Of a stretch of DNA of 64,000 nucleotides, positions 9,934 to 18,503 are shown piece after piece. The position numbers and the translations under genes were made by a program. This stretch comes from Mycobacterium phage prophiGD15-1. The notes beneath the pieces were generated by a model that saw nothing but the letters and a program-made list of their open reading frames with translations, was not told where the DNA came from and ran no database searches. The DNA lies in the sequence record MW584180.1. One strand, written 5' to 3'. The stretch's first letter is position 1. The number at the start of each line of letters is the position of its first letter.

Positions 9934-10274
9934 CCGCCTGGTTTAAACGCACACAGCCCAAACCCCAACCAGTGGTGTCACTACAACCCCGAACCGGTGA
10001 AGAGACCCCTACGGCGTTCCTAGCCCGATTAAAGATCGAATGCACACCCCCATGCGAAGACTGCTACAGGCCCGCGGACTTCATGGTCACCATCCACCTC
10101 GTAGACCACTGCGACAGACCAGCCGTTGAAGTGTTCATCTGTGCTGCGCATGTATCCACGATCGGGAACTGGGTACAAGCCTCGATAGAGACAAGACGCA
10201 GAGGACGCTGCACCTGCTGCGGGCATGAAGTAACAGCACCACACGACCTCATAGAAGACGTGGTGAAGCTATGA
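9930..10274 (+). CDS. hypothetical protein, Cys-rich
   Basis: ATGA-coupled. Confidence 0.4.
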   Translation: MTAWFKRTQPKPQPVVSLQPRTGEETPTAFLARLKIECTPPCEDCYRPADFMVTIHLVDHCDRPAVEVFICAAHVSTIGNWVQASIETRRRGRCTCCGHEVTAPHDLIEDVVKL

Positions 10275-10453
10275 GCGATCACGTCGGGCGCGGTGGTGGC
10301 GGCCGGAACAAGTGGTGGAAGATTCGGAAGCTGGGAACCGGGTGGGAAATATGGCAATTCGAGACTGGAACATCCCGAATTCTCATGATATGCCAAGGGA
10401 TCTACCCCTCTGGTGCTGAGGCTATAGCAGCATTCGCGGCAGGTGGAAGATGA
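10271..10453 (+). CDS. hypothetical protein
   Basis: ATGA-coupled 60-aa ORF. Confidence 0.3.
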   Translation: MSDHVGRGGGGRNKWWKIRKLGTGWEIWQFETGTSRILMICQGIYPSGAEAIAAFAAGGR

Positions 10454-10585
10454 GCGACCCATCCGAATCCGCAGTGATAAAGCTCATGGGGTACGCCCAC
10501 GGCTTCATGAACCCCGAGTACATCCACCTGACGAGGGAAGAGGCGCAGGTGATTTTGCAGGCGCTGGAAAGGTTGGCTGATCTAA

Positions 10586-10891
10586 GTGTCTGATCCTGCA
10601 ATCGAAGCCGCACGCAAGGTATTCACCGAGTACTGGCCGGATCAAGGCGACTTTGAGTTCAACTACAGCAACGAGGGCCGCTTCGGTATCGAGGTCGCCC
10701 GTGAGATGGCTAAGTCGGTACAGGAACAACTGGCCGTCATCCGTGAACGCTACGAATTGGTACGTACGTGGATGCTCGCAGCTGAGACATCAGCGGAACT
10801 ATCCCGGCACTCAAGCGAAATGGCTGGTCTCAAGTACGCATACGACCTGATAGCACCCACGGTTTACCCAAGTGAGGAACTAGAGCGATGA
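10586..10891 (+). CDS. hypothetical protein
   Basis: 101-aa ORF. Confidence 0.4.
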   Translation: MSDPAIEAARKVFTEYWPDQGDFEFNYSNEGRFGIEVAREMAKSVQEQLAVIRERYELVRTWMLAAETSAELSRHSSEMAGLKYAYDLIAPTVYPSEELER

Positions 10892-11184
10892 GTGAGCTTG
10901 TAGACCGCGCTAAAGCATCCCTAGAAGGCGTAACCGGAGGACCGTGGGAGACCCGTCCTGGTGCTACCGGTGATCCGACGACGACAAGTGCATCGGTACA
11001 TTCCGGCCACCGTTCAATTCTCGTGTCTAGTGACGGCTACCACTACGGATATGCCGACAAGGCGGATGCCCGATTCATCGCCGCTGCAAGGCAGTTGGTT
11101 CCTGAACTCATCGCGGAAGTAGAGCGGCTGGAGGAACGTATCGCTGAGCAGGACCAAGAGCTTAGGTACTGGAGTAACCGATGA
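10888..11184 (+). CDS. hypothetical protein
   Basis: ATGA-coupled. Confidence 0.4.
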   Translation: MSELVDRAKASLEGVTGGPWETRPGATGDPTTTSASVHSGHRSILVSSDGYHYGYADKADARFIAAARQLVPELIAEVERLEERIAEQDQELRYWSNR

Positions 11185-11498
11185 GTGACGAACCTTCGGA
11201 CGCACAGAAGCTCATAGCGGAAGTGATAGCCACGCACCGCGCTTTATTCGATGGAGAGGCTTGCGACGCCTGCGACTGGAAGTTCACCAATGAGTATTAC
11301 GGGCACGACGAACACGTTGCCGTAGAGGTGGATAAAGCCCTTGGAGGACTCACGCGGAAGCGGCGGATTGACTATCAATGGCGCGAGACGGGCGAGGTGC
11401 ATCACGACCGATTCTTTGAAGGGAAGCCCGTCCCCAAGACGCGGCTGCACTATGTGCAGCAGTCCCGTTGGGCGTCTGGCTGGACGGTGACCGAATGA
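11181..11498 (+). CDS. hypothetical protein
   Basis: ATGA-coupled. Confidence 0.4.
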   Translation: MSDEPSDAQKLIAEVIATHRALFDGEACDACDWKFTNEYYGHDEHVAVEVDKALGGLTRKRRIDYQWRETGEVHHDRFFEGKPVPKTRLHYVQQSRWASGWTVTE

Positions 11499-11616
11499 GC
11501 TACATCGACATGTTCGGAATCGAGTATGGCGGCTGCGGTGACTGTGATTGTGATCATGGTTGTCAGGGCGTTGGCTCCGACGATGAGGCCAAGTTCTACC
11601 CCGAGGCTTCCGATGA

Positions 11617-11801
11617 CTGACTACCAAGACACCGGTAGCCGACGGAAACCTACGGCATACACCGAAACGGGGGCCGCTGAGCGGGTGTGCCCGGACTGTA
11701 GTGCCCCAGAAGGACATCCCTGTAGATGGATAGCCATGGATGGGCAGGGGGATTTAGGGAAACCAAGGCATTGGCCGCATGAGACACGTTGGAGGAAATG
11801 A
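11617..11801 (+). CDS. hypothetical protein
   Basis: small ORF. Confidence 0.3.
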
Positions 11802-11802
11802 A

Positions 11803-12120
11803 ATGCGTGACGATATTCACCCTGGACCGCGCATCATCTCCGGTAAAGCGGAACTACCCTGCCTGAAACCGGAGCCCTGGATGATCCAGGCGTCCTGCGC
11901 CACCGCAGACCCGGACGCGTTTTTCCCCCATAAGCGTGGCGACGGTGATAGCGAGTCGATCACCGTGCAGTACCAATACGCCAAGAAGATATGCCGCTCA
12001 TGCCCAGTCAGGGTTGAGTGTTTGACCTACGCGATCGTCAACGACGAACGCGACGGGATCTACGGCGGCTTAGGCCCTCGTGAGCGCGCGAAGATCATGC
12101 GTAACAGGGAGGCAAGCTGA
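11803..12120 (+). CDS. whiB: WhiB-family transcriptional regulator
   Basis: four-Cys Fe-S motif C..C-x2-C-x5-C (CATAD...CRSCPVRVEC) and G(I)YGG turn; GGAGG RBS upstream. Confidence 0.65.
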   Translation: MRDDIHPGPRIISGKAELPCLKPEPWMIQASCATADPDAFFPHKRGDGDSESITVQYQYAKKICRSCPVRVECLTYAIVNDERDGIYGGLGPRERAKIMRNREAS

Positions 12121-12434
12121 TGCCGCACTCAAGCCCTACCGACTGGATAGCCGGTGGAAGTGTCGCCGCAGACATCGTTGGATGCCTCACCGGTCTGGTC
12201 GCGGACCTGTCCTGGCAGGATAAAGCGGCGTGCCGTGGACTCCCTACGGAGTGGTGGTTCCCGGACCAAGGCGGCAGCCGGGAATGTAAGCGGGCCAAGG
12301 AAATCTGCCACGGCTGCCCAGTCAAACTCCAATGCCTCCAATTCGCGATAGAGGTACACGACCAGCACGGAATTTACGGGGAGCTGTCATTGAAGGACAG
12401 GCGCAGGTGGAACCAGGAAAGGAAAGCGGGCTAG
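12120..12434 (+). CDS. whiB: WhiB-family transcriptional regulator (second, tandem copy)
   Basis: CRGLPTEWWFPD...CHGCPVKLQC...GIYGE motif; ATGA overlap with upstream WhiB. Confidence 0.65.
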   Translation: MPHSSPTDWIAGGSVAADIVGCLTGLVADLSWQDKAACRGLPTEWWFPDQGGSRECKRAKEICHGCPVKLQCLQFAIEVHDQHGIYGELSLKDRRRWNQERKAG

Positions 12435-12475
12435 ACACCGCGAATGTCAGTGTATCGGAGGATAATTGAGGTATG
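12432..12475 (+). repeat. conserved stop-to-start intergenic motif copy 1 (TAGACACCGC-N-GATAATTGAGGTATG)
   Basis: seen in sequence; 41-nt stop-to-start spacing. Confidence 0.7.
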
Positions 12476-12904
12476 GGAATGACTGATTTACAGAACGTCC
12501 ACGAGCGCATTGCGGGCAAGCGTATAGCCTCCGTCGAGGCCGACGGTACGAGGCTGGTGCTAAACGATGGCACTGTGCTGCATCTCTACATGTCAGACAG
12601 TGACTGTTGTGCTTCCGCCGATGGGAAGTGGGTAATCCAGCCGGACGCGCTGGAGGCGATTATTACCGGCGTTCAGGTTACACCAGACGCGGATCGGAGC
12701 GGTTATGACGGTGACGGAAATACCAACTACGCCACCATCTCAATTCTGCACAACCAGAACCCCATTGCCCTTGCAGACTGCTATGCCAATGACGGTAATG
12801 GGGGCTACTACTTCTCCGTGCTATCCCTCCGTGTTGTCATGCCCGGTGACGAAGATGACGTCAAGGTGGAAGTCCTGAACTCTGACTCCTCGTCCAGCGA
12901 TTGA
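12473..12904 (+). CDS. hypothetical protein
   Basis: 143-aa ORF initiated from the conserved motif ATG. Confidence 0.45.
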   Translation: MGMTDLQNVHERIAGKRIASVEADGTRLVLNDGTVLHLYMSDSDCCASADGKWVIQPDALEAIITGVQVTPDADRSGYDGDGNTNYATISILHNQNPIALADCYANDGNGGYYFSVLSLRVVMPGDEDDVKVEVLNSDSSSSD

Positions 12905-12918
12905 GGAGGTAGTGAGAG

Positions 12919-13212
12919 TTGAGTGCTGAACCGCTGCAATGGGACCACAACCCAGATATTCGCGTCCCAAAGAATGGGTGCCGCGCCGAAGTTGACGGCG
13001 GTGCTTACATTCTGTTCAAGTACGGCGCTAGTTCGTGGCAGGTGCTTTTCAGCACTGGGTGGCATATACCCGATGAGGTCTATCTCGGCGACAGCGAATC
13101 AGACGCACTAGCCGCAGCAGAAGCTCACCATATCGCCATTAGGCAGAGAACGATCTACCGTCGAACGGGCAGGAGTGACGATGCCGCAGCGGATTCAGCG
13201 GAAGCGCACTAG
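12919..13212 (+). CDS. hypothetical protein
   Basis: 97-aa ORF. Confidence 0.35.
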   Translation: MSAEPLQWDHNPDIRVPKNGCRAEVDGGAYILFKYGASSWQVLFSTGWHIPDEVYLGDSESDALAAAEAHHIAIRQRTIYRRTGRSDDAAADSAEAH

Positions 13213-13549
13213 GGGTTGGCGAATGCCCGAGGGTGCTATCTACGTCGGGCGACCGAGCCAATGGGGCAACCCGTTTCGACCTGTTCTCGTCGGTGGCGAG
13301 TGGCTCATAGAGGATGACAACGGCGTCCAGTACGACGGGTTCGGGAGCAAGGTAAGCGCTATCGGTCGGTGCGTTGCGCTCTACCGGTCGCTCGATATGA
13401 CGTTCATGACAGACGCAGACCTAGACGAGTTCGTCGCGCCGCTACGGGGCCACGATCTCGCCTGCTGGTGCTCTCTCGATTCCCCTTGTCATGCAGACGT
13501 GCTGCTTGAACTCGCTAACGATCCACCGTCGAACGGAGAAGCTTTGTGA
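13175..13549 (+). CDS. DUF4326-domain protein
   Basis: N-terminal IQRKRTRGWRMPEGAIYVGRPSQWGNPF is the hallmark of DUF4326 found in many actinophages. Confidence 0.5.
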   Translation: MTMPQRIQRKRTRGWRMPEGAIYVGRPSQWGNPFRPVLVGGEWLIEDDNGVQYDGFGSKVSAIGRCVALYRSLDMTFMTDADLDEFVAPLRGHDLACWCSLDSPCHADVLLELANDPPSNGEAL

Positions 13550-13688
13550 GCGAACTACGTAGAGCACTGTTGGTAGCCAAAGCGGAAGCGGCACTTATCC
13601 CCACCGGCCGACGGGCTGAGCTCGACCGCAGATTCACTGCGGCCCAGAAGGCGGCACAGGCTCACGCCACGTACAGGAGGTCCGCTTA

Positions 13689-14366
13689 GTGTCCGTCTCC
13701 GACAGCTTCTTTCTCGATAAAGGCTCCCAACACAAGCTCCGTGAAGAGTTGGCCAGCATCCCCCGCATGATCGGGGAGCTGTCCGTCACCCTCACCCGCC
13801 AGGCTCGCATCCAGAGGCCAGGGTTGAGTATGTCCCGAAGGCCCAAGCCTGAGTCTCAGGTCCCCATCCATATCGGGGCACACAACGCCGCTGACGTACT
13901 GCACAACTGCCTAGGTACGTGGGTGAGGCTGGTATGCGAACAACGAGCGATCGTGTGGGATAAGGGCAACGACATCATCACGCTGGCCAAGTGGCTGCGA
14001 GTCAACATGATCGCCCTAGCCCTCACTGAAGGTTCAGAAGAAGCGTACGAGGACATCAAAGCCGCTATCGATGACTGCTGGCGACAGATAGACATCCCCG
14101 CCGACGATGACATTGTGATCGACCGAGGACGAGTACATGAAGCGAACAAACACATCGTCACCGCCGACACCATCGAACCTATCGCCCGCCGGATAGGGGA
14201 GATGGGAAAGAAGCTGAATGCGCAGCGGGTGCACTCGCTTACCCGTGGTGGGCATCTGCGTCCAGTCTCTAGCGACCCGGACACGGGTAAGAAGTTCTAC
14301 CGACTGGGGGATGTGCTGCACGCGCACAACAACTGCGAGAAACGAGACCGAAAGAAGGGCGCATGA
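13689..14366 (+). CDS. hypothetical protein (225 aa)
   Basis: GTG-start ORF. Confidence 0.45.
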   Translation: MSVSDSFFLDKGSQHKLREELASIPRMIGELSVTLTRQARIQRPGLSMSRRPKPESQVPIHIGAHNAADVLHNCLGTWVRLVCEQRAIVWDKGNDIITLAKWLRVNMIALALTEGSEEAYEDIKAAIDDCWRQIDIPADDDIVIDRGRVHEANKHIVTADTIEPIARRIGEMGKKLNAQRVHSLTRGGHLRPVSSDPDTGKKFYRLGDVLHAHNNCEKRDRKKGA

Positions 14367-14563
14367 GCGACGGACGCGGCATGTACATGAAGTACCGAGT
14401 TGAGCGGATGGACGGCAAGGATATGGGGCCATGTTTCATCCTTGAATACAAGAAGGATCGCCACGCGCGGGTGGCACTTGCGGCGTATGCCGACGCGTGC
14501 GCCGAGGACAATCCTGGACTAGCCCAAGACCTGCGGTGGACGCTAGAGGAGCTGGAGCGGTGA
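14363..14563 (+). CDS. hypothetical protein
   Basis: ATGA-coupled. Confidence 0.35.
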   Translation: MSDGRGMYMKYRVERMDGKDMGPCFILEYKKDRHARVALAAYADACAEDNPGLAQDLRWTLEELER

Positions 14564-14709
14564 GGGTCGGGACCTGTCCGAAGTGTAAGCACTTGGAAGG
14601 TCGACACATCCAGTCCACGTACTTCGATGAAGAGACGTGGACTGGCCGATTCGTGTACGCCAGGTGCGATTGTGGCTGCACCCACTACGTCGTAGTGGAG
14701 CCGGTCTAG
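14560..14709 (+). CDS. zinc-ribbon miniprotein
   Basis: CPKC ... CDCGC motifs. Confidence 0.35.
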   Translation: MRVGTCPKCKHLEGRHIQSTYFDEETWTGRFVYARCDCGCTHYVVVEPV

Positions 14710-14858
14710 TGTCGGCCCTCGACTGTGAGGGGAGTGACCTAGATCCTGGTTGGTGCTGCACCCATAGATGCGATTTCAGGGACCCTAGGCATCCGCACTG
14801 CTGGCAGAACTGTGACGAAGAAGATTGCGCCGCCCCTGAGTGTGATTGGGTTGAGTAG
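14709..14858 (+). CDS. Cys-rich miniprotein
   Basis: CC.H.C...HC...C...C...C pattern. Confidence 0.3.
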   Translation: MSALDCEGSDLDPGWCCTHRCDFRDPRHPHCWQNCDEEDCAAPECDWVE

Positions 14859-14859
14859 T

Positions 14860-15139
14860 TCACGCTGGTCGCACATACTGCGCAGGCCAAGGTATCTCAC
14901 GCATCTTCCACGCCTGCGTAGGGTTGGCCGCAGTGACCCAAACGATAGGCATATCGCGTCCGGGAACTACCCGAGTGGTAGTTAGACACTCAACTTCACC
15001 ACCGGTTGCGGTGGTTACGTAGACACGCATTCTAGCTTCAATACCCATACGTCTAGCGTCGGTCTTGCCAAAAGATCTGTAAAGAAAAATCTATGCGACA
15101 CCGCGTTATGGCAGTGCCTTATGGCAAGCCGCAAAGGGA
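14860..15139. promoter_or_regulatory. lower-GC intergenic region with direct CTTATGGCA repeats and a strong RBS; probable promoter/operator region upstream of the toxin-antitoxin moron
   Basis: AT-rich stretch ...aaaagatctgtaaagaaaaatctatg...ttatggcagtgccttatggcaag; 62-aa antisense ORF here judged unlikely to be coding. Confidence 0.3.
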
Positions 15140-15400
15140 GTGAAACTGATGAACGTATGGATAGTCTCTGCGCATCGGTCCTGGGGCGACAGGATTGAAT
15201 ACCACGGACACAGGGGGGATACCCACCGCTGGATGGGCTGGACGCGACCCATACCCAAGGTGGGGGAAGTTATTGAAACTGAATTGAAGTCCGGACGGGC
15301 GGCCCGCTTTCGGATAGTTGAGGTTGAGCGCGGGTACGGCACGGATGATATGTGGTGGGCCACAACCTCGGACGCGCCCATTTATGGAGCGACGACGTAA
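15140..15400 (+). CDS. hypothetical protein
   Basis: ATG with AAAGGGAG RBS; 86 aa. Confidence 0.4.
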   Translation: MKLMNVWIVSAHRSWGDRIEYHGHRGDTHRWMGWTRPIPKVGEVIETELKSGRAARFRIVEVERGYGTDDMWWATTSDAPIYGATT

Positions 15401-15446
15401 CTGCCTCCACCTTGCATAAGTATATCGGTTCTGATATATTAATGAG

Positions 15447-15779
15447 GTGACCGACGAAAAGCCTCTCCGCTGGATAGGTACCTCACTTGAGGACCTACGG
15501 GACTTCCCCGAAGCGGCACGGCAGGACGCCGGTTACCAACTGGATAGGGTTCAGCACGGCCTAGAGCCCCACGACTGGAAGCCAATGCCAACAGTCGGCA
15601 AGGGCTGCCGCGAGATACGCGTACGCACCGAAGACGGCGCGTACCGTGTGTTCTACGTAGCCACCCTTGGGGATGTGGTGTTCGTACTGCACAGCTTCGT
15701 CAAGAAGTCACAGAAGACTTCCCAGCAAGACATCAACACCGGTAAGGCTCGATACAAGAAAGCGCAGGAGGAACTATGA
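15447..15779 (+). CDS. higB: HigB/RelE-family (Gp49-like) toxin
   Basis: pattern KPL.W.G.S..DL..FP...R...G..L..VQ.G..P.D.KPM...G.G..E.R.....G.YRV.YV......VLH.F.KK.QKT matches Gp49-like/HigB toxins; upstream of HTH antitoxin with ATGA overlap. Confidence 0.6.
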   Translation: MTDEKPLRWIGTSLEDLRDFPEAARQDAGYQLDRVQHGLEPHDWKPMPTVGKGCREIRVRTEDGAYRVFYVATLGDVVFVLHSFVKKSQKTSQQDINTGKARYKKAQEEL

Positions 15780-16027
15780 GCGTATGGGACGACATCGCCG
15801 ACACCCCGCGCGAAGCGGAGAACCTTCGCGTGCGGTCTGAGCTGATGATGGCAATCGAAAAGAAGATCAACGAGCGCGAATGGACCCAGGTCCAGGCCGC
15901 CGAAGCACTCGGACTGACCCAGCCTCGGGTGTCGGATCTGCTGCGCGGCAAGATCTCCAAGTTCTCCTTGGATGCTCTCGTGGACATCGCTTCCGGGTTG
16001 GATGTGCACGTGAAGGTGTGCGTCTGA
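15776..16027 (+). CDS. higA: HigA-like XRE-HTH antitoxin
   Basis: QVQAAEALGLTQPRVSDLLRGKISKFSLDALVDIA is a typical HigA HTH; toxin-first gene order typical of HigBA. Confidence 0.6.
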   Translation: MSVWDDIADTPREAENLRVRSELMMAIEKKINEREWTQVQAAEALGLTQPRVSDLLRGKISKFSLDALVDIASGLDVHVKVCV

Positions 16028-16122
16028 TTGCGACACGCCGACCAGGGGATATACCCCTTAACCGCTGTCAAGTAGTAAACTGCGCATAGGCGCGACTTAC
16101 ACCCATTCTTTTAAACCCCCAT

Positions 16123-16157
16123 CGACATTTGTTCGGTGGGGGTTTTTCTATGCCCAA
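16123..16157 (+). terminator. rho-independent terminator (AACCCCC-loop-GGGGGTT + TTTTT)
   Basis: seen in sequence immediately downstream of higA. Confidence 0.6.
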
Positions 16158-16181
16158 ACGGAGGTTCCCTTATGCCTCTGT

Positions 16182-16322
16182 CTCGTGTCCGCTGCTGCAT
16201 CCCCTGTGGCCGTATCCGCTACGCCCCCTGCTCTGCAGGGTGTCGAGTAGATCCCGAGAACGACCCAACAAGCTGGACAGAACAGGTGCCGCCGAGCGAT
16301 GAAGCTGAGTAAGGAAGCGCGC
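16182..16322 (+). CDS. zinc-ribbon miniprotein (46 aa)
   Basis: CC.PCGRIRY..C..GC; GGAGG RBS. Confidence 0.35.
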
Positions 16323-16523
16323 AATACCGTCGCCGACTGCATCAGTAAGGGCATCCACCTGACGCTGGACGTTCAGTGCGATGGCGAGCCGATGGGCGGC
16401 TGGTGCGATAAGTGCGAGAAACCGTCGATGGTCGAAGTGCAACTGCGTGGCATCTCCACTGACGCCGTGTACGACCTCGGACCCGCCGTCGTATGTGCAA
16501 ACCATGAGGCTGGCGATGATTGA
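16299..16523 (+). CDS. Cys-rich hypothetical protein
   Basis: 74-aa ORF, CDGEPMGGWCDKCEK. Confidence 0.35.
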   Translation: MKLSKEARNTVADCISKGIHLTLDVQCDGEPMGGWCDKCEKPSMVEVQLRGISTDAVYDLGPAVVCANHEAGDD

Positions 16524-16767
16524 ATGTCTTGGTTGCGGCTCGACGGTGGGGCAAGACGGCGATTGCCCGCGCCCCGAACACTGCGGAAACTGCCCACCTT
16601 GGGACTGTGACGAATGCGGCCAGCAGTGCTCGATCAACACCCCTTGCGGGTGCTGGATTTTCCTTGAAGGCATGAACCTCGCCGACATCAAGGCGGTACT
16701 CGCCGCAGCCGATCTGAGTGTCAATGTGGAGGTGCCGCCATGCTCGACAGATTCTTCGCGGCACTAG
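16504..16767 (+). CDS. Cys-rich hypothetical protein
   Basis: CLGCGS...CPRPEHCGNCPPWDCDECGQQC...CGCW. Confidence 0.35.
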   Translation: MRLAMIECLGCGSTVGQDGDCPRPEHCGNCPPWDCDECGQQCSINTPCGCWIFLEGMNLADIKAVLAAADLSVNVEVPPCSTDSSRH

Positions 16768-17036
16768 CCGGCGCCATGGCCCCTCCACTCGTGGCCATGT
16801 GTGAGCGCATCGCGGATAAGAAGATCCCTGACGACACCGTGCCGAAGTTCATGGACGGCCTGCTGGATATCGCCCGCGACGGCGTTGACCGCGCCGTGAG
16901 TGTGGTGCAGACGTCCGCTGACGGTATTGCCGGTAGCGCGGAAGCTGAACTAGGTCAGCTCGGCTCGGAGATTAGGGGAGTGGTCAAAGCGGCCAACCCC
17001 ATAGATATTCTCGGCAGCCTGTTCGGGCGACGCTAG
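16740..17036 (+). CDS. hypothetical protein
   Basis: 98-aa ORF terminating in the conserved TAGACACCGC motif. Confidence 0.4.
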   Translation: MLDRFFAALAGAMAPPLVAMCERIADKKIPDDTVPKFMDGLLDIARDGVDRAVSVVQTSADGIAGSAEAELGQLGSEIRGVVKAANPIDILGSLFGRR

Positions 17037-17077
17037 ACACCGCTGATGTCGCTGCACCGCAGTAAAATTGAGGTATG
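17034..17077 (+). repeat. conserved stop-to-start intergenic motif copy 2
   Basis: TAGACACCGCTGATGTCGCTGCACCGCAGTAAAATTGAGGTATG. Confidence 0.7.
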
Positions 17078-17251
17078 AGCATTGAGACCGAGCGGCAGTT
17101 GAATCGCCGCTGCATTGAGCTGCAAGACGAGATAATCCGCTGGGGCGAGAAGGCGCAGTGGGCGCTTGAGCAAGATGACACCGGATGGTGGGGCGATGTC
17201 CTCGGTGGCATCGTCAAGCGCGGCAAGCTGATGGCAGAGAAGGGCACCTAA
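17075..17251 (+). CDS. hypothetical 58-aa protein
   Basis: ORF starting at motif ATG; below ORF-table cutoff. Confidence 0.35.
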   Translation: MSIETERQLNRRCIELQDEIIRWGEKAQWALEQDDTGWWGDVLGGIVKRGKLMAEKGT

Positions 17252-17253
17252 CG

Positions 17254-17361
17254 ATGTGCCCTCCACGCTGTCAGAACTGCATCCATCCGCAGCATGACCA
17301 CGAAGGCTGGTTTGGTCGCTGCACCCGCGACGACTGCGAATGTAAGGCAATGCAGGACTGA
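17254..17361 (+). CDS. Cys/His-rich miniprotein (35 aa)
   Basis: MCPPRCQNCIHPQHDHEGWFGRCTRDDCEC. Confidence 0.25.
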   Translation: MCPPRCQNCIHPQHDHEGWFGRCTRDDCECKAMQD

Positions 17362-17398
17362 CTTGCCCCTACAGCCTCTCCGTTCTACTATCGAACAC

Positions 17399-17644
17399 AT
17401 GTTCGACAAGGTGTCATACCGTATCGAAGGTGATGGACCCGTCACAGCGGTACTCACTTACCAAAACCGGGAGTACCGGCACACCTCCCGAACCATGTGG
17501 CTCGGACACGAAGACGGCATGCCCCAAGGCTCCATCCAACTCGACGAGCATGTGTGGGCGCGGCTACAGCGCATCAACGGAACCATAGAAGCCACCATCA
17601 CCGACTCTAAGACTGGTGAAAGCTACACCCTCACACCTGAATAG
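17399..17644 (+). CDS. hypothetical protein
   Basis: ends in TAGACACCGC motif. Confidence 0.35.
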   Translation: MFDKVSYRIEGDGPVTAVLTYQNREYRHTSRTMWLGHEDGMPQGSIQLDEHVWARLQRINGTIEATITDSKTGESYTLTPE

Positions 17645-17685
17645 ACACCGCGACTTACGCTGTAGCTCGGTAAAATTGAGGTATG
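17642..17685 (+). repeat. conserved stop-to-start intergenic motif copy 3
   Basis: TAGACACCGCGACTTACGCTGTAGCTCGGTAAAATTGAGGTATG. Confidence 0.7.
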
Positions 17686-17919
17686 GATGATCCCGAGATT
17701 GAAGTCGCTGAGGCGGTGTGTAAACGGCACAACTGGGACGGCATGATGTTTTGCGCTTGCACTGCCGCTGCTCGTGAAGCTTTGAAGCGAGTGGGCGCCG
17801 ATCTGCAATCCGTCGATGGCGTCTTAGGTCTGCTTCATCATCGAGGGCTTGTTGACTCCGAGCGCAATAGAGCTGATGTGAAAGCTGCCCTCGAAATCGT
17901 ACAGAGGTACACCCGATGA
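17683..17919 (+). CDS. hypothetical protein
   Basis: 78-aa ORF from motif ATG. Confidence 0.4.
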   Translation: MDDPEIEVAEAVCKRHNWDGMMFCACTAAAREALKRVGADLQSVDGVLGLLHHRGLVDSERNRADVKAALEIVQRYTR

Positions 17920-18191
17920 CTGAACCATCTCAAGCCCATATAGACCGGGCACGTGAACTCGGCCTCTCTTTCGATCCTTCTGATACATCGGATGAAGAGT
18001 TAAGCCGTGCTATCGCAACGTATGAGCGGGTTTACATCGAGGCGATGACCGAGAATGCTGGTAGGGACACTGATACTCCTACTGAGCGCCGCAAGATGCT
18101 GGGCGTATGGACTCAGCGCGATGAAGAAGAGGCCAAGGAAGCCGCTGAACGGCGGCGGATGTTCGGCTCCCGACGAATCCCACCCGCCTAG
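17916..18191 (+). CDS. hypothetical protein
   Basis: ATGA-coupled; ends in motif TAG. Confidence 0.4.
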   Translation: MTEPSQAHIDRARELGLSFDPSDTSDEELSRAIATYERVYIEAMTENAGRDTDTPTERRKMLGVWTQRDEEEAKEAAERRRMFGSRRIPPA

Positions 18192-18233
18192 ACACCGCTG
18201 ATTCCTCTGAAACGTCGGATAATTGAAGGTATG
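18189..18233 (+). repeat. conserved stop-to-start intergenic motif copy 4
   Basis: TAGACACCGCTGATTCCTCTGAAACGTCGGATAATTGAAGGTATG. Confidence 0.7.
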
Positions 18234-18503
18234 GACATCACCGAGAAGCCATTGACCAACCTGGCTGACACAATACATACAGCCCTGATCGGACACAGGC
18301 CGGACGACTACGCCTGCTACTACAAGCAGCTTTTCAATGTGTTTGGAGCGCCCGGCATCCCGAACACCTACGAGGCGGTACTCAAGCGTTACGGCAGGGT
18401 AATCCATCGAGAGACATTCTGGCGGCGCAAGAGCGCAGAGAAGCAATGCATCGCATGGAAGCGCTTGTATGACGCCGTCGTACTACCACCTCCACAGTCC
18501 TAG
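18231..18503 (+). CDS. hypothetical protein
   Basis: 90-aa ORF between two motif copies. Confidence 0.4.
   Translation: MDITEKPLTNLADTIHTALIGHRPDDYACYYKQLFNVFGAPGIPNTYEAVLKRYGRVIHRETFWRRKSAEKQCIAWKRLYDAVVLPPPQS

Noticed and set aside
14860-15048. 62-aa minus-strand ORF between the Cys-rich genes and the TA module
   Set aside because: It has no RBS, sits in a region that looks regulatory (lower GC, direct repeats), and has no recognisable features. Kept as intergenic.
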